A DNA stretch of 46,742 bases from a virus (lineage: Duplodnaviria > Caudoviricetes). The position numbers and the translations under genes are program-made. Positions 1 to 8,984 of this stretch are shown piece after piece. The notes below the pieces were generated by a model. That model was not told the origin of the DNA, ran no database searches, and was given only the letters and a program-made list of their open reading frames with translations. The stretch lies in IMG/VR virus record IMGVR_UViG_3300037706_000012, positions 1-46,742 of that record. One strand, given 5' to 3'. Position 1 is the stretch's first letter. Each line of letters opens with the position of its first letter.

Positions 1-106
1 CCAGATAAAGGTGACTTTATCTGGGGATTTGTGTTCTCCCCCAAGGTGGGGTAGTGTTCTTCTTGTCGGGCAAGGCGCTCGGCAACAGCCCAAGGAGGGC
101 ACCATG
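1..106 (+). promoter_or_regulatory. Conserved phage promoter cassette A: 10-bp inverted repeat, sigma-A-like promoter, RBS
   Basis: CCAGATAAAG-gtga-CTTTATCTGG (1-24); TTGTGT (29-34)-17 nt-TAGTGT (52-57); AAGGAGG before ATG 104; near-identical copy at 20702-20793. Confidence 0.75.
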
Positions 107-571
107 GCACGCATCAGCACATTCCCCAACGGGTCCACAGGCACTCTCAACGGACGGGGGTTCACCGTGGTTGCCCAGGGCGTAACGACCCTGGTGGAGT
201 GGGACAACGACGACTTGTGCGCCATGCTCCCCGGGACCACCGAGGCAACACTGGTGAGCACGGGGTCAGGCGAGACACCCAGCACGGAGAAGCTGATGTC
301 CGCCATCCGCAAGGTGCGCGATACCGCTCCCACCGTGTGGGAAGTAGCCGCCACGGCCCAGCCCGTGGCCACAGAGGCGGGCATCGGGGCCGAGTGGCGC
401 ACCATGGTGACCGAGCGGACCACGAGCGCAGCGAAAGCGGCGCGGAATGCCGCCATGGAGCGCGGCGCCTACATGCTCGCCGATGCCGCCATCGCGCTGG
501 AGTACCTCACCCACGACGAGAGCAACACCCGCCGCCAGACCGTGGCACGGAACCGCCTCACGGCTCTCTGA
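104..571 (+). CDS. Hypothetical protein
   Basis: ATG 104 follows AAGGAGGGCACC, in frame with ORF 11..571. Confidence 0.75.
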   Translation: MARISTFPNGSTGTLNGRGFTVVAQGVTTLVEWDNDDLCAMLPGTTEATLVSTGSGETPSTEKLMSAIRKVRDTAPTVWEVAATAQPVATEAGIGAEWRTMVTERTTSAAKAARNAAMERGAYMLADAAIALEYLTHDESNTRRQTVARNRLTAL

Positions 572-646
572 CGCACTGTTTCGCCCATGCTGGCCAAGTC
601 CCCATGGGCGGAGCTGTACGGCAGACAACCACCCAAGGAGGGCACC

Positions 647-850
647 ATGACGACTGAGACCCACACCGAGTACACGTACCTGTTCGACGGAGCACCGAGC
701 GCAGGAAGGGTGTTCACGTCGCCCGAAGCCGTGAACCGCTACCTGGCCTCCGCCAAGCTCCTGTACCGGAACGACCCGGAGCACTGTGCCAAGTACGGGC
801 CCGTGGTCAGCCGCCGTGTCACCACCACGACCACGCACTGGGAGGTGTGA
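647..850 (+). CDS. Hypothetical protein
   Basis: Same CCAAGGAGGGCACCATG start context as the gene at 104. Confidence 0.75.
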   Translation: MTTETHTEYTYLFDGAPSAGRVFTSPEAVNRYLASAKLLYRNDPEHCAKYGPVVSRRVTTTTTHWEV

Positions 851-856
851 CCCACC

Positions 857-973
857 ATGGGCATCTTCACAGATGTAGTCATCTTGGCGTCGCTCCTGTT
901 CTCGTCGTACCACATGGTGAGGTGGAACGTGCGCACCATTCGAGACCTGATCAAGGAATGGCGGAGCCCCTGA
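857..973 (+). CDS. Small membrane protein (38 aa)
   Basis: MGIFTDVVILASLLFSSYHMVRWNVRTIRDLIKEWRSP; GGAGG upstream; TGATG coupling to next gene. Confidence 0.6.
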   Translation: MGIFTDVVILASLLFSSYHMVRWNVRTIRDLIKEWRSP

Positions 974-1239
974 TGTTCCGCACCAGCGCCGTGGTCGCAG
1001 CCACCGGGTGTACGTACCGTCAGGTCAACTTCTGGTGCCGCCAGGGGTACGTCCACCCGGACATGCCTGCCTCCGGCCAGGGAACCGACGCGTGGTTCCT
1101 CGGTCTCTCCTACCTACACGCCCGTAGGGTAGCTTGGCTCGTGTTGGCCGGCGTCACGCCCGACTCGGCGGACATACTGGCCCGGGGCATCAACCTGCCT
1201 CTGGGCCCCGGAGAGGAGCTACGCATCGTCAAGAGGTAG
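973..1239 (+). CDS. MerR-like helix-turn-helix DNA-binding protein
   Basis: FRTSAVVAATGCTYRQVNFWCRQGYVHP...ASGQG resembles actinobacterial MerR-type HTH. Confidence 0.7.
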   Translation: MFRTSAVVAATGCTYRQVNFWCRQGYVHPDMPASGQGTDAWFLGLSYLHARRVAWLVLAGVTPDSADILARGINLPLGPGEELRIVKR

Positions 1240-1284
1240 TAGGGTACCCACCACCTGTCCCCAGACATGATTGCAGAGTCAACC

Positions 1285-1983
1285 ATGAGCAAGGCACTAC
1301 TCCTAATCGCAAGCGCGTGTACCGTCGCGCTCGGTCTGGTACTGACGCCAGCCCCCATAGCGCAGGCACACTCGTCGTCCTCGGCCCCCAAGACGTGGGT
1401 CTCCGTCAAGCACCACAACAACCCGACATTCCATCTCAAGACCGGCAAGCCTGGCAGGGTCATCATGAAGGTGAACGGCCGGACCCACGCGGTCCGCCAC
1501 ACAGGCCAGAACCGGTACATGAAGTTCCGAGCGTGGGCGCCGTACGGCAAGGTGACCAATGTGTCGTTCAAGATGGTCGGCCACCACTGGGCCAAGTTCG
1601 GTGCGTGGCGTACGGTGCATGTCGACCGTCGACCCCAGCTCAACCTCACCCAGGAGCAGAAGGTACTGCGCGTGGCCAAGGCGCAGGTCGGCAAGCCATA
1701 CCGCTGGGGGTCCGGCGGACCGAGCTCGTTCGACTGTAGCGGCCTGGTGCAGTACAGCTACCGCGTGGCCACGGGCCGAAACCTGCCGCACCAGTCCACT
1801 GCCATCAAGAACACCGGCAAGCGCATCCCACGGTCACAGGCCAAGCCTGGAGACCTGGTGTGGACGCCCGGCCACATCGCCATCTACGCCGGCGGAGGCC
1901 GAGTCGTAGAAGCCGCCAACCCCCGGTCCGGAGTCACCTACCGGACCATGTGGCAGCACAACCCCGTGTTCCTGCGCATCTAG
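1285..1983 (+). CDS. Secreted NlpC/P60 (C40) peptidoglycan peptidase
   Basis: Signal-peptide-like N-terminus ending AQA; GKPYRWG, FDCSGLV (catalytic Cys), PGDLV, GHIAIYAG; alternative start 1267. Confidence 0.9.
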   Translation: MSKALLLIASACTVALGLVLTPAPIAQAHSSSSAPKTWVSVKHHNNPTFHLKTGKPGRVIMKVNGRTHAVRHTGQNRYMKFRAWAPYGKVTNVSFKMVGHHWAKFGAWRTVHVDRRPQLNLTQEQKVLRVAKAQVGKPYRWGSGGPSSFDCSGLVQYSYRVATGRNLPHQSTAIKNTGKRIPRSQAKPGDLVWTPGHIAIYAGGGRVVEAANPRSGVTYRTMWQHNPVFLRI

Positions 1984-2064
1984 ACAGTACCCACCACCGG
2001 TCACCCGGCCACGGGTAGGCTGGGCCCTGCACAACGCACACCGACACAACGATGAGGAGCCAAC

Positions 2065-2631
2065 ATGGCATCCACCCCCAGCGTCACCAAGGTGGTCACG
2101 GGCAAGGTTCGTCTCAGCTACACGCACGTGTTCGAGCCGTACAGCCAGGACGGAGACGCGGCCGACGCCAAGTACTCCACGGTCCTGCTGGTCCCGAAGT
2201 CGGACAAGGCCACCATCCGCAAGCTGCGCGCCGCTCAGGAGGCCGCACTGGAGGCCGGCAAGACCTCTCGGTTCAACGGGTCGATCCCCAAGTCCTGGCA
2301 GGACACCATCCACGACGGCGACGAGGAGGCCGACCTGGAGCGGAACCCGGAGTACGCCGGCCACCTGTTCCTCAGCGTCAGCAGCAAGACCAAGCCGGGC
2401 GTGGTGGACCAGAACGTGCAGCCCATCCTGGACAGCACCGAGGTCTACAGCGGCTGCTACGCCAGGGTGAGCATCAACGCCTTCGCGTTCAACTACAAGG
2501 GCAAGAAGGGTGTCAGCTTCGGGCTGAACCACCTCCAGAAGATCGCCGACGGCGACTTCCTGGGCGGACGGTCCAAGGCCGAGGACGACTTCGACGCTCT
2601 GGACGACGGGGACGACGACAGCCTGATCTAG
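2065..2631 (+). CDS. DUF2815-family single-stranded DNA-binding protein
   Basis: VRLSYTHVFEP, KYSTVLLVPKSD, EVYSGCYARVSIN, GVSFGLNHLQKIADG; acidic C-terminal tail. Confidence 0.9.
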   Translation: MASTPSVTKVVTGKVRLSYTHVFEPYSQDGDAADAKYSTVLLVPKSDKATIRKLRAAQEAALEAGKTSRFNGSIPKSWQDTIHDGDEEADLERNPEYAGHLFLSVSSKTKPGVVDQNVQPILDSTEVYSGCYARVSINAFAFNYKGKKGVSFGLNHLQKIADGDFLGGRSKAEDDFDALDDGDDDSLI

Positions 2632-2646
2632 TAGGCTTAGTACCCA

Positions 2647-2686
2647 GATGGCCGCTGGTGGGCCGGTTCCCCCACCAGCGGCCATC
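2647..2686 (+). terminator. 16-bp hairpin between SSB and polymerase (terminator or attenuator)
   Basis: GATGGCCGCTGGTGGG / CCCACCAGCGGCCATC perfect inverted repeat; no U tract. Confidence 0.55.
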
Positions 2687-2714
2687 GGCACATTCGGAAA
2701 GGACACCGAACCCC

Positions 2715-4610
2715 GTGACCACAGGTCTGTTCCTCGACTACGAAACTTACTCTTCGGTCGATCTCCGCAAGTACGGCGCGTACCCGTACGTAGAGTCGCC
2801 CGACTTCAAGCCGCTCATGTGCGCCTGGTGGCTGGGCGACGCCGCTGACACGTTCCTGGTGCCACCGGAGGTGCGAGTAGCCGGACAGGAGCAGATCCTG
2901 GACCAGATAGGTGACCTGCTGGACGACCCGCACGTCATCAAGATCGCGCAGAACGCTCAGTTCGAGCGGCTGGTCAGCAGTCTCATCCTGGACTACCCGC
3001 CAGGGGAGTTCATCGACCCGGTGCAGTACCACGACACGGCAGCTCTGGCCGCGCTCAACGGGTACCCCCGCAACCTGGAGAAGTTAGCCCGTGCGCTGGG
3101 TGGCGAGCAGAAGGACACCGCCGGCACCCGCCTCATCAACCTGTTCTGCAAGCCACAGCGGGTGTTCAACTACGAGCGTGCCTACCTCCCTGAAGAGAAG
3201 CCTGAGGACTGGGCGGCGTTCGTGGAGTACTGCCGCCAGGACGTAGTCACCCTGATCGACGTGGACCTGGCCCTCGGTGACTGGCCCACCATCTATGAAC
3301 ACCAGGTTTTCCTGACGGACCAGCGCATCAACGACCGGGGCATCCGCGTGGACACCGACATGGCCAGTGCGGCGGTCACGGCGTTCGAGGAGAACACCGC
3401 GACAGCGCTCGCTGAGATGGAGCGCATCACCCATCTGGACAACCCCAACAGCCGGGACCAGCTACTCGGGTGGTTGCGGGGCCACAGGGATGTGCCCGAC
3501 CTGACGAAGGACACGGTGGAGCAGCTCCTCACCGACCCCGATCTTCCTGCCAAGGTGCGGCGGGTGCTGGAGCTCCGGCAGGAGACGGCCCTGGTCGCGG
3601 CCAAGAAGTACAAGACGGCTTCCGCGTCGGCGACGCACGGCGGACGGCTGCGCGGACAGTTCTTCTACCACGGGGCTCACACGGGTCGCTGGTCCGGCCG
3701 GGGCGTGCAGCTCCACAACCTCACCCGCCACCAGCTCAAGAAGGACGGCGAGTGGGACAGGGTTGGCGAGATGGCTGCCATCCTGGACCTGAAGCTGGGT
3801 AACGGGGCCGACGCCGACACGCTCAAGAGCCTGGTCCGGGCGGTGCTGGTGGGTCCGTTCACGGTGGTGGACTACGCGGCCATCGAAGCTCGTGTGCTGG
3901 CGTGGCTGGCCGACGAGCTGTGGGCCTTGCAGGCGTTCCGTGACGGGCGCGACATCTACGTGGAGACCGCCACCCGCATGTCCACCGGGAAGCAGCAGTT
4001 CACTAGGCGCGACGGCAAGATCGCTGTGCTGGCGCTGGGGTACAACGGGAGCGTCGGGTCGCTCCAGGCCATGGGAGCCCAGGGAACCGATCAGGATCTC
4101 CAGATGATCGTGGACCAGTGGCGCGCCACCAACCAACGCATCGTGAGCATGTGGCAGCAGATGGACCGTGCGTTCCGCCGTGGCGGCCCAGTAGGTGACG
4201 GAGGCCACCTCCGGGTGGACAAGCGCGGTAACGACCGTCATCTGGTGCTGCCCAGTGGTCGGGCGATCGTGTACCACGACGTGCGCATGCGAAAGATCGT
4301 GACCAAGTTCGGTACCGAGAAGGTGGTACCCACGTTCATCGACCCGGTGAAGGGCATCCGGGTACCCACCTACGGCGGCCGGCTCACGGAGAACGTGACA
4401 CAGGCCGTGGCCAGAGACGTCCTTGCTGACGCCCTAGTTCGCCTGGACGCCCGGGGGCTGCGCCCAGTAGGCCACGTGCATGACGAGGCCCTGTGCGAGA
4501 CACGGGACCTGACCGCCGTGACGGCTGCCATGACCACTCAGCCGGACTGGGCCCCGGACCTACCGATCGACGTGGCCGGCTTCGTAACGGAGAGGTACAG
4601 GAAAGACTGA
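2715..4610 (+). CDS. Family A DNA polymerase with 3'-5' exonuclease
   Basis: DYETYS (ExoI), YCRQDV (ExoIII), HTGRWSG, DYAAIEARVL (motif A), RRDGKIAVLALGY (B), VHDE (C); GTG 2715 after AAAGGA. Confidence 0.93.
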   Translation: MTTGLFLDYETYSSVDLRKYGAYPYVESPDFKPLMCAWWLGDAADTFLVPPEVRVAGQEQILDQIGDLLDDPHVIKIAQNAQFERLVSSLILDYPPGEFIDPVQYHDTAALAALNGYPRNLEKLARALGGEQKDTAGTRLINLFCKPQRVFNYERAYLPEEKPEDWAAFVEYCRQDVVTLIDVDLALGDWPTIYEHQVFLTDQRINDRGIRVDTDMASAAVTAFEENTATALAEMERITHLDNPNSRDQLLGWLRGHRDVPDLTKDTVEQLLTDPDLPAKVRRVLELRQETALVAAKKYKTASASATHGGRLRGQFFYHGAHTGRWSGRGVQLHNLTRHQLKKDGEWDRVGEMAAILDLKLGNGADADTLKSLVRAVLVGPFTVVDYAAIEARVLAWLADELWALQAFRDGRDIYVETATRMSTGKQQFTRRDGKIAVLALGYNGSVGSLQAMGAQGTDQDLQMIVDQWRATNQRIVSMWQQMDRAFRRGGPVGDGGHLRVDKRGNDRHLVLPSGRAIVYHDVRMRKIVTKFGTEKVVPTFIDPVKGIRVPTYGGRLTENVTQAVARDVLADALVRLDARGLRPVGHVHDEALCETRDLTAVTAAMTTQPDWAPDLPIDVAGFVTERYRKD

Positions 4611-5479
4611 TGGGCTATAACATGGAGTCGATGTACTTCTCGTTCGTGCGGGAGCGGCATTCCGTCTGGGAGAAGCGCCAAGCCGGCCAGCCTGGTCCGT
4701 GGACCAACGACCCGTGGGTGGCTGCCAAGAAGTTCACGAACGTCTTCCGAATCCTGGACCCGGGCACCCAGTACGCGTTGACGTTGGGCGCGCTGGACGA
4801 GAGGGACATCCTGCTTCGGCTGTTCCTGTACCGCCACACCGGGCGCATTGACGCCTGGGAGTACCTGGACGCCCTGCCCACAGCAGTCAACCTGCCGGAC
4901 GTGCTGGCCCAGTGGCAGGACTACCGGGCACTTGGAGGCAAGATCTTCACGAGCGCCTACGTGGTGGCCCCGGGCCCCGGGACAGACAAGATGGAATCCG
5001 TGATCGACCTCACACGACGCATGTTCACCCCGGGCAGCCCGGACGACATCATACCGGCGTGGCAGCGTGCCGAGTCCCCCAGAGATCGGTTCGCGGCACT
5101 GCACCGGAACCACGGCGTGGGCGACTTCATGTCCATGCAGATCCTGACCGACTGGGGATACCACTTCTCGTCCGGCGACGAGAACGCCTTCGTGGTGGCG
5201 GGGCCAGGATCGCGCAAGGGTGCCGCCGAGCTGGACCGGGGCTCCCCGGAGGACACCATCCGCTGGGCCCGGGACGAGTGGTGGCTCCGGGCGGACTGCC
5301 CCGTGATAGACCTGCCCGACGGGCGCCAGCACCCGCCCAGCCTGATGGACGTGCAGAACACCTTCTGTGAGTTCAGCAAGTACCTGCGATACATCCGCAA
5401 GGGTCCAGTACCCACCAAACCGTACGCGCCGGCGCACCCGGGTCCCCAGCCCAAGCCCCGGCTACCGGCCCACTGGTAG
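4610..5479 (+). CDS. aGPT-Pplase1 / 5-hmdU DNA kinase helical-domain-like protein
   Basis: FVRERHSVWEKRQAGQPGPWTNDP..KFTNVFRILD; GDFMSMQILTDW; VVAGPGSRKG; LMDVQNTFCEFSKY; TGATG coupling to polymerase. Confidence 0.8.
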   Translation: MGYNMESMYFSFVRERHSVWEKRQAGQPGPWTNDPWVAAKKFTNVFRILDPGTQYALTLGALDERDILLRLFLYRHTGRIDAWEYLDALPTAVNLPDVLAQWQDYRALGGKIFTSAYVVAPGPGTDKMESVIDLTRRMFTPGSPDDIIPAWQRAESPRDRFAALHRNHGVGDFMSMQILTDWGYHFSSGDENAFVVAGPGSRKGAAELDRGSPEDTIRWARDEWWLRADCPVIDLPDGRQHPPSLMDVQNTFCEFSKYLRYIRKGPVPTKPYAPAHPGPQPKPRLPAHW

Positions 5480-5493
5480 GACAGATAGTAGTT

Positions 5494-5522
5494 CTGACCC
5501 GACCATCAGCGAGAAGTAGGCT
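5494..5522 (+). promoter_or_regulatory. Putative sigma-A-like promoter for the thymidylate-synthase-like gene
   Basis: CTGACC-17 nt-TAGGCT in the intergenic gap. Confidence 0.4.
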
Positions 5523-5569
5523 GATGGTCGGCACACAGAAAACCGTCAACAACGATAGGAACCGATGTC

Positions 5570-7261
5570 ATGATCCACATCGTACGAGCGGGCGCCACGG
5601 AGGCGCTCCCGGTGATGCTCCAGCACCTCCTCAGGGACGGAGACGAGGTGGGCAGCCGCCAGGGTGAGCGAACCGTCGAGGTTCTATACCCGCGCATCAC
5701 GCTGACCAGGCCGTGGCAGCGCGAGGTTCTGAGCCCCGGGCGCAAGGCCAGCATCACGGCACAGATCGCGGAGACCATGTGGGTCCTGGCCGGGCGGAAC
5801 GACGTGGAGTGGTTGGGCCACTACCTGCCGCGCGCCAAAGAGTTCAGCGATGACGGCCAGACCTGGCGGTCCGGCTACGGGCCGCGTCTCCGTGGGTGGT
5901 CGGCCGCCGACGGGAAAACTCAGATCGACCAGCTCGCCGAAGTGGTCAACCTGCTGCGGGCCGACCACGGAACTCGGCGCGCGGTCATCAACCTGTGGGA
6001 CCCGTCCGTGGACAGCACGCCGGGTAAGGACGTGGCTTGCACCAACTGGCTCCACTTCCTGGGCCGGGACGGATACCTGAACCTGCACGTGGCGACCCGA
6101 TCCAACGACGCCATATGGGGCTGGTCCGGCATCAACGCGTTCCAGTGGAGCGCACTGCTGGAGATCGTGGCCGGCATGACCGGCATGAAGATGGGCAAGA
6201 TCCACTACAGCATCTCGTCCCTGCACATCTACGAGAAGCACTGGAACCGCGCACGTGACATCGTCACGGACTGCAAGGCGCCGTCGTTCTTCGACAAGCT
6301 GGAGGACAGCCCCAGGTTCAGCGTCGAGGGCCGTACGATCGGAGTTCTCGACGGTCTGATCGACGAGTGGTTCCGCATCGAAGCTGGTATCCGTACCGGC
6401 AAGGCCGGCGAGGACTCCATCCGGGCCTTCCCCGAACCGATGATGCGCTCATGGCTGCGGGTCATCGCCTGGTACTGGACACGCCGTGTGAGCAACCTGG
6501 ATCCGCTGGTCGGAACGCGGCTGCACGCGGCAGTGCTGGCCAGCCACGAGTACCAGACCACGCGGTACGGCTCCGTCCGCAAAATCAGCGTGGCCCCAGC
6601 CATCAAGAACGAGTCGGCACCCACGATGGCGGAGCTGGGAGCCGCCGTAGACGTGACAGACCACATCGTGGTGGAGCCCCAGTCCCCTTCGGAGCGGGCC
6701 AAGGCAGTCGCTCGGTTGCAGTCGATAAGTTCCATGGCCACGGAGGCACCCAAGGGCTTCGCCAGCGGGGGCCGGATACAAGACCCCTTCCTCACCTTCG
6801 TCAAGAAGCTGCACGCCGAGAAGCATTCCGTGTACGGCGACTCGTGGAAGAAGCGTGGTGAACTTCTGTCGATCCTGCCCAACATCGCCCGCAAGGTGGA
6901 CCGGCTGGGTGTAGCCGGTGCCGGCGACACGGCGGCAGACACCGTGATCGACCTTCTGGTCTACCTGGTCAAGTACCGTCTGTGGCTCACCGACCGAGGC
7001 GCTCAGGACATGAGCGGCGAACTGTACCGCCCGTTTCGTGAGACGGAGCTGGAAGGTGTTGCCCGTCTGTTCAGTTGGGTCAAGCTCGGCAAGCGACGTT
7101 CGGACCTGTGCGACCTGGACTTCGTCGTGAATCAGTTCGAGACACTGACCTCACTGGCCGAGCGGGACCCGAAGCAGGACCACCTCACCTCCCGAGCCAG
7201 CTTGGTCTCGGAGATGATCCAGCACACCTACCCGCTGGCGGAGGAGCTCTGGCTCAGATAA
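5570..7261 (+). CDS. Thymidylate synthase-like protein (probable dUMP hydroxymethylase) fused to a C-terminal Nmad1/DUF1599-like domain
   Basis: IAETMW, YGPRL, TRRAVINLWDP, DVACT (catalytic Cys), RSNDAIWG...N, SLHIYE; C-terminal KHSVYGDSWKKRG...NIARKVDRL...DTVIDLLVY. Confidence 0.82.
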   Translation: MIHIVRAGATEALPVMLQHLLRDGDEVGSRQGERTVEVLYPRITLTRPWQREVLSPGRKASITAQIAETMWVLAGRNDVEWLGHYLPRAKEFSDDGQTWRSGYGPRLRGWSAADGKTQIDQLAEVVNLLRADHGTRRAVINLWDPSVDSTPGKDVACTNWLHFLGRDGYLNLHVATRSNDAIWGWSGINAFQWSALLEIVAGMTGMKMGKIHYSISSLHIYEKHWNRARDIVTDCKAPSFFDKLEDSPRFSVEGRTIGVLDGLIDEWFRIEAGIRTGKAGEDSIRAFPEPMMRSWLRVIAWYWTRRVSNLDPLVGTRLHAAVLASHEYQTTRYGSVRKISVAPAIKNESAPTMAELGAAVDVTDHIVVEPQSPSERAKAVARLQSISSMATEAPKGFASGGRIQDPFLTFVKKLHAEKHSVYGDSWKKRGELLSILPNIARKVDRLGVAGAGDTAADTVIDLLVYLVKYRLWLTDRGAQDMSGELYRPFRETELEGVARLFSWVKLGKRRSDLCDLDFVVNQFETLTSLAERDPKQDHLTSRASLVSEMIQHTYPLAEELWLR

Positions 7262-7360
7262 CCCAGTTTATCTGGAGACTTGCGACCCCCAGAAGGTAGG
7301 GGTACTGTTCTTCTTGTCTGGTAAGGCGCCAGGCAAACCTCATGGAGAGGAAGTAGCATC
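7255..7360 (+). promoter_or_regulatory. Conserved promoter cassette C
   Basis: CAGATAA-cccagt-TTATCTG; TTGCGA (7280-85)-17 nt-TACTGT (7303-08) followed by TCTTCTTGTC as in copies A and B. Confidence 0.7.
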
Positions 7361-7882
7361 ATGGCTGCACCCACCGACTACGACGACTGCATGAAGTCCG
7401 TCATAACCCGGGGCCACTGTTCCGTTCACGGTGGACGGATGGTCGATCAGCAGGGCACCTGCCAGACTGTGACCGTCCTCGCGGACGTGCGCGCCGAGCG
7501 GGCTCGCCAGTACGCCAGGCACGGCAGCAACAGCACCCTCTCGGACGGCACGGGCCCCGAGGTGCCGTGGATGGGCAACGTGGCGGACTTCTACCAGTCC
7601 AGGCTCGCGGCTGTGCGCCGGTTTCCCGGTGCCGGCGAGATCGAGACCCACCTCCGCAACGACTACGAGGCGCACGAGGCCCGCACGGGCAAGCCCACAT
7701 GGATGCACCTGGTGCGTGAGGAGGTCGCCGAGGTCTTCGCCGAGAACGACCCCCAGCGGCTCCGTGCCGAACTGATCCAGGTCGCAGCCCTGGCGGTGTC
7801 CTGGGTGGAGAAGCTGGACGCCAGACAGACCCCGAGCGGCATCCGTCCGGGCAGCCGCAAGTTCGCAGGGGAGCGTGCGTGA
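7361..7882 (+). CDS. MazG-like (all-alpha NTP pyrophosphatase) protein
   Basis: VRAERARQ..RHG; WMHLVREEVAEV...LRAELIQVAALAVSWVEKLD. Confidence 0.72.
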   Translation: MAAPTDYDDCMKSVITRGHCSVHGGRMVDQQGTCQTVTVLADVRAERARQYARHGSNSTLSDGTGPEVPWMGNVADFYQSRLAAVRRFPGAGEIETHLRNDYEAHEARTGKPTWMHLVREEVAEVFAENDPQRLRAELIQVAALAVSWVEKLDARQTPSGIRPGSRKFAGERA

Positions 7883-8124
7883 TGCGCCTCAGCGACCTGT
7901 CCATCCGAGACGTCGGCAACGAGGTCAGCATCACGTGGCAGGGCGCCACGATCAAGGGCCGCCTCGGAGACTTCCGTGTGGAGACCGAATGGATCCACGC
8001 TCCGGAGTGGGCCGAGAACCCGCACGACATCAAGCCGATTCCCGGGAGACACACTGTGTCGCTGTCCGTCGGCCCGTGGTCTGCCTCGGGACTCCCGGTA
8101 GGCACTCCCGTGGAGGTGTGGTAA
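7882..8124 (+). CDS. Hypothetical protein
   Basis: Overlapping start/stop with both neighbours. Confidence 0.7.
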   Translation: MRLSDLSIRDVGNEVSITWQGATIKGRLGDFRVETEWIHAPEWAENPHDIKPIPGRHTVSLSVGPWSASGLPVGTPVEVW

Positions 8125-8354
8125 TGACCGAGGACTGGGAGCGCAAGGCCCTGGAGGACGCGTCCAAGTACCGGGAGAAGGATCACCTGTGGGGGCCCGC
8201 TGTGTCCTGGGGGCACGTCAGCTACCGGGGCCACAAGCGCCCGGCCGTCTCGGACGGGGTAGACGTCATGTACCTCAGGAAGTCCGGGCAGGGCTACATC
8301 GCCACGGAGCACGTCATGCGGAGCTACCGGCCGCAAGTGGTGGTCCGCCGATGA
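8124..8354 (+). CDS. Hypothetical protein
   Basis: GGAGG RBS, TAATG coupling; MTEDWERKALEDA... Confidence 0.7.
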   Translation: MTEDWERKALEDASKYREKDHLWGPAVSWGHVSYRGHKRPAVSDGVDVMYLRKSGQGYIATEHVMRSYRPQVVVRR

Positions 8355-8608
8355 ACCTCGACCAGCAGATCACCGACGTGATGGTACGTCAGAGCACGCG
8401 GCCAGTCCTCCGGGCCGTCAGGGTCTTCCGCCTGAACGAGCTGGACCAGGTGGTGGCCGACCAGAACATGACCATGCGAGCGGCCCTGCTGTTCGACGTG
8501 GAGATGTGGGAGGAGGTCGCACGCTTCCTGCTGCACACCGACCGCGCCAACGGCGCACGCCGCGCCAGCGCCATTCTGCGGGGGCTCGCCCTCCGCCCGA
8601 CCTTCTAG
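8351..8608 (+). CDS. Hypothetical protein
   Basis: ATGA overlap; MNLDQQITDVMVRQ... Confidence 0.7.
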   Translation: MNLDQQITDVMVRQSTRPVLRAVRVFRLNELDQVVADQNMTMRAALLFDVEMWEEVARFLLHTDRANGARRASAILRGLALRPTF

Positions 8609-8617
8609 GAGAAACAC

Positions 8618-8812
8618 ATGAGCGACACCCAGGAGGCCCTCACCCTCGCCCGGCAGAAGCTGGAAGAAGTGGAAAACGCCTACTACTTCGCCGGCACCGC
8701 GACGCAGCAGGAAGTGGACGACGCCCGGGACGAGTACTTCGACGCCTGGGAAGAGCGTCGGGATGCCGTCCTGGAGAAGAAGGCCAGGAGGCGTCTCCAT
8801 GCAGAGCCGTAA
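8618..8812 (+). CDS. Hypothetical helical protein
   Basis: AGGAG RBS; coiled-coil-like composition. Confidence 0.7.
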   Translation: MSDTQEALTLARQKLEEVENAYYFAGTATQQEVDDARDEYFDAWEERRDAVLEKKARRRLHAEP

Positions 8813-8984
8813 GATCCGTGCGGAGGATGTCCGCGCCGGCATGGTGCTCAGCGTCAGCGGCCAGCGGGCCGTCGTCAGCAAGGTGACCACCAGCAGCGGC
8901 ACCACGTTGATCGAGCTCGTAGGGTCCGCGCCGCTGGTGTTCCACCCGACACGCAAGGTCACCGTGGTCGACGCACCTCGGTGA
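8799..8984 (+). CDS. Hypothetical protein (small beta-rich domain)
   Basis: AGGAGG RBS; MQSRKIRAEDVRAGMVL... Confidence 0.65.
   Translation: MQSRKIRAEDVRAGMVLSVSGQRAVVSKVTTSSGTTLIELVGSAPLVFHPTRKVTVVDAPR

Noticed and set aside
2052-2714. Long N-terminal extension of the DNA polymerase (852-aa ORF)
   Set aside because: It is an off-frame shadow of the SSB gene and crosses a hairpin; polymerase motifs start after GTG 2715, which has an RBS
5570-6560. Plain ThyA, or a dCMP hydroxymethylase
   Set aside because: Non-canonical active-site context plus modification-associated neighbours argue against plain ThyA (not excluded); Asn rather than Asp at the specificity position argues against a dCMP substrate
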